From the NCBI GenBank assembly GCA_002189035.1, contig CM007990.1, positions 2,852,001-2,916,000 on the forward strand: a stretch of DNA of 64,000 bases, in the 5' to 3' direction. Each line of letters begins with the position of its first letter. Position 1 is the first letter of the stretch. Below the pieces are notes generated by a model, which saw only the letters and a program-made list of their open reading frames with translations, was not told where the DNA came from and searched no databases. Below are positions 1 to 10,847 of the stretch, piece after piece. Made by a program: the position numbers and the translations under genes. The stretch comes from Utricularia gibba. Lineage: Eukaryota > Plantae > Magnoliophyta.

Positions 1-1022
1 AATCAATGGATGCAATTAGTGTCACGTTAATAGATTTGGTCTTAATTAGGATTAAGACAGAATTGTAATAGAATACAGTAAAAAAAATAACAAACTTCTA
101 AACTCGGATGTTCCTGGAATGAAATGAGTGATGCCTTGAGACTTTTAGGATATGCATGCTTATCATTAAACACACTCACACAAACCATAAATCAAGCAAC
201 TAAAAAACAAAGTCTAGGTCTATCCGGACTTTTGTTTCCCCCCTAATCTTTTATCTACCACTAATTAGGATTGTTAAGATAGGTTTCACTACTTCCCTCT
301 CCTGGATCTATCTTGGCTTGTTAAGGAAGTGGTGTGATCTATGATTACCAAGGTCAAATAATTGATTAGCACATTATACCCTTTGGCCCCAAAGCACTCC
401 TCACACTTAGCCACTTATAACAAGGGAAAGGAAAATATTTTCATAGCATATCCTAAGCAACATTCTGATCTCAAAATTAAACAACAACAAACAGTGCATA
501 ACAGAAATAGAAAAGACAAATGGTTCATGCAGTAAAGCTAAAACTAGTCTCAACTAGGAACAGTGTTAATCAAGAATAAAAAAAAGCTTCAAAGAGAAAC
601 TGGTTCTTCTAGGTCATCGTCCCCTTCCTTCTTCTTCCCCCCCCCCCCCAGAAAAATTCTCCAGAAAGCTATGTCGTGTGCGACTACATTGTTCATATCC
701 GGCTCCTTGGGATTTGTGTTTCCGACATGTGCTGCATTGCTCAAAGAAAACTATAAGAAGTAAGGTTGGGACTAAATCGATTTAGTCCCAATTAAGACTA
801 AAATAACATTATGGTACTATGCGCAAAAATATAGAACTAGGCAGTAAAACTTAATTTTTGTAATACAATATGAGTCATTTACTTGGATTTAGTTCCAATT
901 AAGACTAAAATAACATTATGGTACTATACGCAAAAATATAGAATTAGCCAGTAAAACTTAATTTTTGTAGCACAATATGAGTCATTTACTTGTATTCAAT
1001 CACTCAAAAATATGTGTTATCA
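1..1022 (-). mobile_element. Athila-type LTR, cut by the window edge; probably the 3' LTR of a minus-strand element
   Basis: Ends in AAAAATATGTGTTATCA (1006-1022), like the solo LTR at 27975-29138 and the reverse complement of the 52151 LTR start. Shares internal blocks such as GAAATGAG(T/G)GATGCCTTG with the 27975 copy. Confidence 0.7.
779..992. repeat. 107-bp tandem duplication (2 copies) inside the Athila-type LTR
   Basis: GATTTAGT(C/T)CCAATTAAGACTAAAATAAC...GAGTCATTTACTTG at 779-885 and 886-992, with a few substitutions. Confidence 0.9.
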
Positions 1023-1036
1023 CATTATGCTACAAC

Positions 1037-1395
1037 TGTGATTGCGACTCGGGTTTCAAAATTGGATCGGTGGAGGACCTATCCAATTTTGAAACCAGTT
1101 TAACCGGTCAAACTCCGAGTTTGACCAGTCAATATATATATAAATATATTTATATTTATATTAAATGAAATTTCATATTATTATTATATAATAACATACA
1201 AATATAATATATTCAATTAGTAAAATATAGAATTTGTGACGTTAAATCTGATTCCCAAAAACCCAAAATACGAAAAAATGATTGATTAAAAAATAATCCT
1301 AAAACAAAATAATCGCTTGGTCGGTTAACCGGCCATAGAAGAAAAACCGGTCAATTGGTTTGACTTCCTAGTTAACCGGCCGAGTCACAATCACA
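1037..1395. mobile_element. MITE (359 bp), Mutator-like by TSD length
   Basis: TIR TGTGATTG(C/T)GACTCGG matches 15/16. Flanked by the 10-bp direct repeat ATGCTACAAC (1027-1036, 1396-1405). AT-rich core. Confidence 0.8.
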
Positions 1396-1405
1396 ATGCT
1401 ACAAC

Positions 1406-3341
1406 GACACTAAACTTGTCCTCAAGTCCTAACTAAGACTAATAGGATGTAAGCAATTGAGGGATTTCCAAACAGCCATGTAGAGACTTGACATTTAGGT
1501 TCAGAATGTAGGAATTGAAAGAGTGCCAATGTGAAAGACGGGTAATCACTCAAGCATACATGTGAATTTCATCAAAATAAGTGTCTTCAAAGATTAAATA
1601 AGCATGACATAGCATGATTGAAACATTTTTTTATCTTACTTGTGCACCAGGAGGGGTCTTGAAAATACACTTGGAGGTGGCTATGTCTTGATGATGTGCC
1701 CACAAGTGGTCTTTGGAGTGCACCTAAGGAGGCAAGGTGTTTGTTTTCTAAGTATTGAATGTTTCTTCCATTACTACATCAAAAACATGTGCAAAGAAGA
1801 GAAGTTAATAGTTGGAAAATGCTACATGTAATAAGGATACTACTAAAAACCATTGCATGATCAACATAGAATGCTTTCATCAGGGAGAATAGCCTTGTTA
1901 TGTGCCCATGAAGTACATTTTTCTTATTATGCTTGGTGTTCGTTTTATACTAAAATGTGATTAGAGCTATCCAATTAGATATAGAACACAAGTTTATAAG
2001 TCATCTTTTAAAATATAGCTTTTCCTTGTTGTTGCATATTTCACCCTTCTTTTGTCTAATTTAATTAGATGTAGTGCATTGTTGGGGGGATACGTACATG
2101 GACATATGTCTAAAAATGTGGTATGACTAACAACAAAAGAGAGTTCATTTTCTTGAAAGAAAGGTCTTCCATGATTTCTAACAAAAGAATATGATACTAA
2201 TGATGAGCCATGGCTCACATAAGAAATAATCATTGTGATTGTCACTTTAGTGCAAGGATTTCATGTCCTACAGAAGATATAGTTTGGACAATGGGATTTG
2301 TAGGGGAATGTGAGTTTTGAATAGAGTTTTTTATTCTATACTGTTTTTTGTGGGTAGCTCAGTTGTCTTCTTCCTCTCTACTCTCTTTGAAAGAAGATTG
2401 TGGTTTTACTTTTAGTTTATGTTTGTAATGGATGCTTGTGGTTAAACTTTTTGTTTTTGTGTGTTTCTATTCCATGTTTCGTGAATAACTCGTGTCTTTC
2501 TCTCTTTATTCATTTTAGGCTTCACATATCTCCACATGTATATGTTAAAGTCTTTTTGTAACATTTTCTAATTAGAGTTCATGTGTTGTTGAGCATTTCT
2601 TATGGGTTTTGATGAGGAGCAAGGTAAAAATTACTAATTCCTACCCTTTTTGTTTGAGAGATGTGGTGATTTGTTCATAGCTAGTACATTACCTTCATGA
2701 ACATATACTGACCTCATACTTGGATCATTTGCTTATTGACAACATTTGGGCACATGTGCATAATTTGATCTTGACAGCAATGGATGACAATTCCTCTTGT
2801 CCTCAAGATTATCTAAGAGGGAATAATAAGAGTCAATTCTCATGCCTTCTTTAAGAGAGTATAAGAGAAAAGTAATCCCTTGTTTCTATAATCAATTAAT
2901 TGAAAGAGTGGGAGAGGGATGAGGCTTACAACAAGCATGGTCGGAAAGGTTCCAATCCCAAAAAAGTTGCCTTATCTAATGTCCATAGTTTAACATTGAT
3001 TTATGTTGTTTACATTATACATCTGTATTTAGAAAATCATGATAGTTTATATTTAGTTTTCAATTGCACTTTCTTCGCAATAATCAATTTTCTATAATAA
3101 ACACTTATGCTACACTTTGATTGTGCTTTATGTCTTACTTTAATTTTAAAGTTTGTGAATGAAATGACACAATAAATTTTTAGTGACATTGATGATGAGT
3201 TGATCGTTGCTGTGCATTTTATTTTTGTTATTATTTTTATCTTTTCTTTCTTTTCTCTTCTCATCTTTTTCTTACTTTCGTTTTCTAGGTGTTTCTTTTT
3301 TTGATTCATGTGCTTTGTTTCTTTTTAATGTAGTTTGGCTT
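1406..3341 (-). mobile_element. Probable Athila 3' non-coding/LTR remnants
   Basis: CTTGAGGACAAG on the minus strand (about 1415-1426) just before the LTR start, a motif recalled from Athila 3' ends. No coding potential. Confidence 0.35.
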
Positions 3342-3651
3342 TGATACGACCCTCCAAATAATAAGCATTAGGCAAATTAGATCTTGTGTTCCAAATGAAA
3401 CAATCCTTCAAGAAAAGAAGAATTTGGACTTCAGGAATAAAAATTTTTGCAACCCAAACTATGAAAATAGTATCACACTCATAGAATAAGGAAGGAATTG
3501 AGAGTGATAAACTATACTAGACACCACAAGTAAAGTTTGATAAGTCTGAAGTTCTACATAAACTTAAAGAAGGAGCAATGCTCTCAAAATACATAACAAC
3601 CTGATTTGTCCCTAAATAAGAGTGAGACCCTATTATATAAGTGGAGAAATG
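3342..3651 (-). mobile_element. CRM-type gypsy LTR, 3' part (subfamily G)
   Basis: TGATACGACCCTCC is the reverse complement of the LTR end GGAGGGTCGTATCA (63462-63475). Alignable with 48134-48680 and, inverted, with 10057-10330 and 60780-61089. Confidence 0.75.
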
Positions 3652-3715
3652 TGTTGGAGATCAGCCTCAATCCAAAGCTTGAAGGTGATTGGAAGAACTA
3701 AACTTGTGTCATAAT
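3652..3715 (+). mobile_element. 64-bp stub of a copia LTR 5' end, directly abutting copy A
   Basis: TGTTGGAGATCAGCCTCAATCCAAAGCTTGAAGG...GTGTCATAAT, followed at once by a second TGTTGGAG at 3716. Confidence 0.9.
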
Positions 3716-4037
3716 TGTTGGAGATCAACCTCAATCCAAAGTTTGAAGGTGATTGGAAGCACTAATCTTGTGTCATAATGTTATATTTCAGATAAAAGGT
3801 GTTGAGTTCGAGCATGGAAGTGTTGGATTCGAGTTGTTGGGCTTTTTGTGTGTTTTCAATAATTGTGGCCCACTGTTGGGTAACCTAGGTATTGGGTATA
3901 TATAAACCCTACTAGGAATGCGTGTGAATGAGAGTTTTGGTCATTCTTATTGTTTATGAGTCGTTTTTCATCCAAGGTGATCTCAGAAGCATTACCTTTT
4001 TGTTACTTCCCAAGACTCTCTTTTTCTTGCATCAACA

Positions 4038-4049
4038 TGGTATCAGAGC
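4038..4049 (+). promoter_or_regulatory. Primer-binding site (initiator tRNA-Met) of copia A
   Basis: TGGTATCAGAGC immediately after the 5' LTR. Confidence 0.95.
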
Positions 4050-4155
4050 AGTAAGGTTCTCAAACCTGTGCTCGTTTCAGTATTTTATTTACCGTTCAGC
4101 GTTTTTTACTTGGTGGATTACAAAGTATCAACCCAAAGCTTTTCAAGCGGTGGCT

Positions 4156-7100
4156 ATGATGGCATCTGGTAGAGGACCTCCAATATTTGATGGTTCAGAG
4201 TATGGAAGCTGGGTCAAAAAGATGCGCAGCTACCTGCGGGTCAGAAAGATTTGGGATGTTGTTGAAAGGGAGATTCCGACGATTACAATAACAAGCAAAT
4301 CCACATCAGAACAGCAAGAGGAAGCTGAATATCTTCAACAGAGAAAAGATGAAGCAATGGATGCCTTGTATCAAGCCATCTCTGAACATCTATTTGATGA
4401 TATTGCAGAGTGTCAATCAGCAAAAGAAATATGGGATACTCTCAAATCCCATTATGAAGGTGATGCCAAACTGAGAGAAATATTATGCAAAAACAAGCTG
4501 GAGGACTTTGAGAGGAACAAAATGTTAGACAATGAAACCATACAAGTCTATTATGAACGTACTGCGAAGCTTGTGAAGGAGATTCGAGGATTGGGGGAAA
4601 AACTTGAGGATCAAAAGGTGATTAGCAAGGCAATCATGAGCCTACCTGCAAGATTCGAGCCAAAGTTATGTGCACTTGAGACAGAAAGAAAAATCCTTGA
4701 TATTATTGAAGGAAAGCTCCATCAGTTATATCCTGAATATCCTGTTACACCAGAGCCAACATTTAGAGAGTTCATGATTGAGTTGCAATCTACAGAAAAG
4801 AGATTGGAGCTAAGAGATGGTTATGAAGTTGAGAAAACTTATGGTGAAGCTGCTCTCCTTACCAAAATGCAGAATATGAATATAAACTCAGGTGCAATTA
4901 ACAATGTCAAGGATGTCAAATCAACAGCTATCAAACAATCACCAACGTCAATCCCCACATCAACGATGGGCAATCAGAAGTGCAGACATTGTGACAAATC
5001 CAACCATAAGAGTGAAGATTGTTGGACTTTAAGCACAAATGCTTGCAAGCATTGTATCAAACAGAATCATAGGAGTGAGTTTTGTTGGTGGAAGCCTGAT
5101 GCTTTGTGCACGAAATGCAATCAAAGAGGCCATCTTGACAAGGTATGTGGAATGTCAAATCCAATAAAAGTTGAGCATAACAAGAAGGCTACTTCCAGGG
5201 AAGAGAAATCACATGCATCCTTTACCTAATTTGAAGATGAGCCAGAAATATCTTTTGAAGATCCTTTTGAGTATGAGTGTGCTCTAATGACAGTAGCCTC
5301 AGATGCTAAAGGCTGGTACTTGGACTCTGGCGCCTCCTATCATGTATGTTGTGATATAAGGTCATTTCTCAAGCTTGAAAGGATTGGGAAGGAGGTAAGC
5401 ACGTGCACTGGTGAAAATATTGGCATTGTGGGCAAAGTAAGCATTTTACTCTTGCTAAAAGAAGGAATTGTTCAAGTTGATGATGTTTATTATTCACCAA
5501 ACCTCAAACAGAACCTGTTGAGCTTTGGCCAATTGAGCAGGCAAGGTTTTGACATTGAGCTGATGAAAGATGCTGGTGGTATAACCACTACAGTTAAGGT
5601 TGCTGATCCAAAAACGAAGATTGAATTCCATGCTGTGTTGACCACCTACAACCTCTGCCAAATCATGGTCAGTGATCATAAAAGTTGTATTTTCTCACTT
5701 CAAGATCAAAGCAGCCTTTGGCACAAACGTTTTGGGCACTATAGCTTTAACAATCTGAAAATATTGCAGAAGAATAAGGAAGTACTGGAATTGAAAGACA
5801 TCAAGTTTGCTAATGCCATATGTGAAGTGTGTCATCAAGGTAAACAGTGTAGAAAGCCCTTTTATTCCAGTGATTCAGTAGCAAAGGAGAAATTAGAGCT
5901 TGTGCATACAGATTTTTGTGGACCATTTAACGAATGTTCATTAAGGGGGAGTAAATATTTTGTTAGATTCATTGATGATTATTCACGTTATTGTTGGGTT
6001 TACTTTCTTAAAAGCAAGTTAGAAGTTCCTCATATCTTTCGAAAATTCAAAGTGATCATTGAGAATCAGAGTGGATGCTCTTTGAAGATGATTAGATCAG
6101 ACAATGGAGGCGAATTCTACAATAATAGCATGAGAATGTTCTGTGAAAATGAGGGAATCATGCATCAATTCACCGTACCATATTCTCCACAACAGAATGG
6201 TATATGTGAAAGGAGAAACAGAACAATCCTTGATATGTAAGATGCCTATTGTTTGAGAAAGGTCTTCCTGTAAGTTTCTGGGCTGAAGCGGTATCTACAT
6301 CTGTATATCTATTGAACTTGCTTCCCTCAAGGGCGATTAGTGGAAAAACCGCGCATGAAAAATGGCATGGTTATATTAAAAAGGTTGATCATCTCAAAAT
6401 CTTTGGTAGTCTGTGTTTTACTCATATACCAGACCAAAAACGAGGAAAACTTGAAAAGAAATCTGTATCTGGTGTATTTGTTGGTTATAGCAACACTACC
6501 AAGGGATATAAAGTTTATCTACCTCAACAGAAGAAATTTATCCTCAGCCATGATGTCACTTTTGATGAAGGTGCAAGGTATACTTTAATTGATGATTGCA
6601 TTGCTCTGAATGATGCAGAAGCTCATAAAAGCCTTGAAAGGCATAGCACCCATGTGAAAGGAGACCTCTGGACACACATGCCTCAAAACTTCTCTTCCAG
6701 CAATTCAACAAACCAAGAAACTTCAGAACTCGTTCATGAAGATTCAAATCAAGTAAATGATCAGCATTCAGATGAGAATTTTCCAGCTCCAGAGGAGGAG
6801 AAGGCCAATGATCTACATTCAGATGGGAATTTCGAAATCCAGGAAGAGGAGCAAGGCACGAATGCAGAAGACTCATCAACAGATGAATCTGATCGAGAGG
6901 AACCTGATACTGATGATGAAGATTATTACCCATCTGATCGTGATTGGCAAAGGAGGAAACGCAAAAACATCAGAGATTCAATAGATAATGAAGATAGTCA
7001 TGTTACTGACATTAGAAGAAGCAAAAGAAACAAGGCTCCTACAATAAGTTTCTCCAAGTTGAATGATGATGTCCAAGATGCTGTAGGTGATATTTTGGCT

Positions 7101-8726
7101 GGATTATTGACAGGAGATCCAACATCATTTGAAGTAGCTATACAAAATCCGAAATGGAGAGAGACCATGAAGGAAGAAATGAATTCTATACTTGAAAATG
7201 AAACATGGGAGTTAGTTGATAAACCCAAGGATAGGGGTTTCAAACCTATTGGCCTCAAGTGGTTATTCAAAACCAAGATGAATGCAGATGGTTCTATCAA
7301 CAAATATAAGGCTAGATTAGTAGTCAAGGGATATAGTCAGATCAAAGGAATAAATTTTCATGAGATTTTTGCACCAGTAGCAAGATTTGACACGATTAAA
7401 GTACTTCTTGCCATTTCAGCTGCTCATGGATGGAAAGTGCATCACATGGATGTCAAGACTGCGTTCTTGAATGTTATGTTGGAGGTGGTTGTTTTTGTTG
7501 AACAACCAAAGGGCTTCGAAGTGTCAGGTCATGAAGACAAGGTATTGAAGCTAGAGAAATCTCTCTATGGGTTGAAGCAAGCTCCTAGAGCATGGAATGA
7601 ACGCATGGATAACTTTCTCCAGGGTATTGGTTTCAGAAAAACATATAGTGATTACTCATTATATGTTAAAGTAAAAAAAGATGATCGTTTATTTATTAGC
7701 TTATATGTGGATGATCTTATGATTACCTCAGGTAATGAAAGGAAGATTGAGGAATTCAAAGCTCTACTCAAAAATGAATTCAAGATGACTAACCTTGGAA
7801 TGATGTCATATTATCTAGGCATGAAAATTCATCAACTTGAAGGTGTTGGAACATTCATATCTCAGAAAAAGTACTGTAATGAACTTCTTGAAAGGTTTGG
7901 GTTCAAAGATGTCAATCCTTCAAAAACGCCTTTAGATTACAAACAAGTGATTGGAGAGAACAATCAGGGAAAGAATGTGGATACCACTACTTATAGAAGT
8001 ATGATTGGAAGCCTCATTTATCTCCAGCATACAAGGCCTGACTTGTGTTTTTGTGTAAATGTCTTATCTCGCTTCCTCAACAAACCAACAACAACTCACA
8101 TGGCAGCTGTGAAAAGAGCTTTTAGGTACATAAAATCTACTACTGATTTCGGATTGTTCTATCCCTATGAAGGTGAAAAACCAATCTTGAAACTTAGAGC
8201 CTACTTAGATAGTGATTATGGTATGGCTGAAGATAGCAAGAGCACATCTGGTGCACTCTTTTTCTTAAATAAGAGTCCTGTAGTCTGGTTTTCGAAGAAA
8301 CAAAAAGTGGTAGCACAATCAACAGCTGAAGCAGAATACATCTCAGCAGCACATGCTTCGAACTATTGTGTTTGGTTCAGGTAGATGCTAAACGAACTTG
8401 GATTCATACAAAAGGAAGCTACACATCTGCTTATGGATAATCGAGCTGCAATCTCCATTGCCAAAGATCCAACGAACTTCAGCAAAGCCAAACACATAAG
8501 AATCAGGTATCATGTCATAAGGAATTACATCAAGGAGAAGAAGATTAAAGTGCAGTATGTTGAGAGTGGGAATCAGCTTGCTGATGGGCTCACCAAAGGT
8601 TTGAACAGAGTTCAGTTTGAGCTAGCAAGGAAGAACATGAATCTCATGACTATAGAAGACTTTCTCAAGTTGGGAGATCTCGGTCTGGGGGGGAGTGTTG
8701 GAGATCAGCCTCAATCCAAAGTTTGA
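4156..8726 (+). pseudogene. Copia gag-pol polyprotein of copy A, disrupted
   Basis: Gag PPIFDGSEYGSW, three CCHC knuckles, protease WYLDSGAS, GAG-pre-INT WHKRFGH, integrase VHTDFCGP/IRSDNGGEF/PQQNG, RT YVDD, RNase H STAEAEY. Lesions: TAA 5227-5229, 1-bp deletion near 6238, TAG 8382-8384. Confidence 0.95.
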
Positions 8727-9015
8727 AGGTGATTGGAAGCACTAATCTTGTGTCATAATGTTATATTTCAGATAAAAGGTGTTGAGTTCGAGCATGGAAG
8801 TGTTGGATTCGAGTTGTTGGGCTTTTTGTGTGTTTTCAATAATTGTGGCCCACAGTTGGGTAACCTAGGTATTGGGTATATATAAACCCTACTAGGAATG
8901 CGTGTGAATGAGGGTTTTGGTCATTCTTATTGTTTATGAGTCGTTTTTCATCCAAGGTGATCTCAGAAGCATTACCTTTTTGTTACTTCCCAAGACTCTT
9001 TTTCTTGCATCAACA

Positions 9016-9933
9016 TCACGAACTCCTTAGGTCACAAATAGTGCTACCATGTCTTGCAAGCTCTAACCAATGCTTCCTTGTCATAAGTTGGATAGTTGAG
9101 GGTGGCACCATGAAGCTTCTCACTAAAATAAGTAAGGGAACGCCCATTTTGCATTAATACAACACCAATGTCTAAACTTGATGCATCACATTTTATTTCA
9201 AAAGTATCATAAAAGTTTGGAAGAGCTAAGAGAGGTGGTGAACAAAGTTTATTCTTGAGTTGTGTGAAAGCATGTTCTTGTTTATCTCCCCCAATAAAAT
9301 GGGTGATTTTTCTTGATCAATTGAGTTTGGGGTGCTGCTATTGTACTGAAATCCTTAACAAATCGTATGTAGAAGCTTGCTAAGCCATGGATTGATGTAG
9401 GTGTTGGCCATTCTCTAATTGCTCACACTTTCTCTTCATCTATAGCTACTGCTGCATCACTTACAACATATTCAAGAAAAGAGACATTATTTGTGCAGAA
9501 GACACACTTCTTGATGTTAGAAAATAACTTTTCTTTCCTAAACGTATCTAACACATTCCTCAAATGACACACATATTCCTCAACACTCTTGCTATATATC
9601 AAAATATTATCAAAATAAACAATCATCAAATCTATCAATAAAAGGCCTAAGAACGCGATTCATCAATTTCATAAATGTGCTAGGAGCAATAGTCAAACCA
9701 AAAGACATAACAACCCACTCATACAAACCAAACTTATTTTTGAAAGTGGTTTTCCACTCATCACCTTCCTTCATTCTAATTTGATGATATCCACTTCTGA
9801 AATCACTTTTAGTAAAAACACAAGCACCATGCAATTCAACAAGCATATCTTCAAGTCTAAGAGTAAGATGTCTATACTTGATGGTAGTTTTTGATGGCCC
9901 GACAATAAGTGCACATACGCCAAGTTCCATCAA
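9016..9933 (-). mobile_element. CRM-type gypsy RT/RNase H remnant
   Basis: Minus-strand ORFs with [19 protein letters not shown] and [12 protein letters not shown]; homologous to 62920-63430. Confidence 0.85.
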
Positions 9934-9939
9934 ATTTAG

Positions 9940-10847
9940 GAACCAATAAATATGGTTTGATCAAGTTGTAGCATGGAGTTCAACCTATTCAAGTTAGATC
10001 AAGTTGATGGACCATAACTTCTTAGTTCACTAGTAGTATTTTACTTTGAGTAGGTCCATTTCTATACTTATATAAGAAGGATCTCACTTTTGTTTAGGGA
10101 CAACTTTCATTGTAATGTGTTTTGAGAGCTAACTCCTTTCTTAAGTTCTTGTAGAACTTAAGACTTATCAAGTTTTGTTTGTAGTGTCTAGTGTAGTTTA
10201 TCACTCCCCTTTTGGGTTGCAAGAATTTTACTTTCTTGAGGGCCGACTTCTTCCTTTTGTGAGGGATTACTTCTTTTGAAACCCAAGATCTGGTTTGCTA
10301 AAAACTTGTTGTTTGAAAGGTCCTATCAAATGGTATCAGAGCTAATCTTTCTCTTCATTTTTTATCCATTAGTCTTCTATCTTCTATAAAAAAAAAAAAA
10401 GATATATTCAAAATGCTTTTGGTTTGAAGATCTTATATTTGCTGTTGGTGAAATCAAAACCTAAGGTTCTTTATTTTCACTTCTTGCATTGTGCTCTTCC
10501 ATTTGCTACAAAAAAAAAAAATAATAAAAAAAACCTGTTGAAGGTGAGAAAGAAGGTTGGGAAGTTGAATCCATTCACTTTTCTACTTCCAAAACAAAAC
10601 GAAAATTTCATTTCAAATTTCTAGAAGCATGGGCTTTTTCCCTTGTGAAAAGCAATCTTATTTTCTATCTTGAACCATCCTTTAATCCATTTCAGCAAGC
10701 AATCCTTTTCTTACTCTTATATTAGTTGTATCATACCCTTTTCCTATTGTCTAAAGTAATCTTCTTTCTACCATTCATATTATATGAAGTACACTCTATC
10801 TCCAATCATTTCCATTCTATCTTTTCCAATTTCATGGTTGTCACATC
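9940..10847 (+). mobile_element. CRM-type LTR 3' part, PBS and leader
   Basis: LTR to about 10328, PBS TGGTATCAGAGC at 10331-10342. Leader alignable with 46572-47150 and 61104-61700. Confidence 0.8.

Larger units (their letters stand above)
3716..9015 (+). mobile_element. Ty1/copia LTR retrotransposon, copy A (full length, young, defective)
   Basis: LTRs at 3716-4037 and 8696-9015 (TG...CA; 3 substitutions and one 2-bp indel by eye). PBS TGGTATCAGAGC at 4038-4049; PPT GGGGGGGAG at 8687-8695. Domain order gag-PR-INT-RT-RH. No matching TSD (flanks ATAAT or AAATG versus TCACG). Confidence 0.97.

Noticed and set aside
637-649. Poly-C and poly-G runs (also about 52586-52598) as functional G-quadruplexes
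   Set aside because: These are single homopolymer runs in LTRs, prone to slippage and sequencing error.
3928-4155. 76-aa hydrophobic N-terminal Gag extension starting inside the LTR
   Set aside because: Seen only in the near-identical copies A and E, so not independent evidence. The start lies close to the LTR TATA-like box, and the conserved Gag begins at 4156.
5227-5229. Programmed stop-codon readthrough between gag and pol in copia A
   Set aside because: B and E have TAC (Tyr) at this codon, so the TAA is a private point mutation.
6556-7327. Antisense and alternate-frame ORFs (125, 109, 75 aa) repeated at 14296-15067
   Set aside because: They are shadows of the pol frame, repeated only because A and B are recent copies.
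8382-8384. Readthrough TAG before the RNase H C-terminus
   Set aside because: B has CAG at this position; it is a simple C-to-T change.
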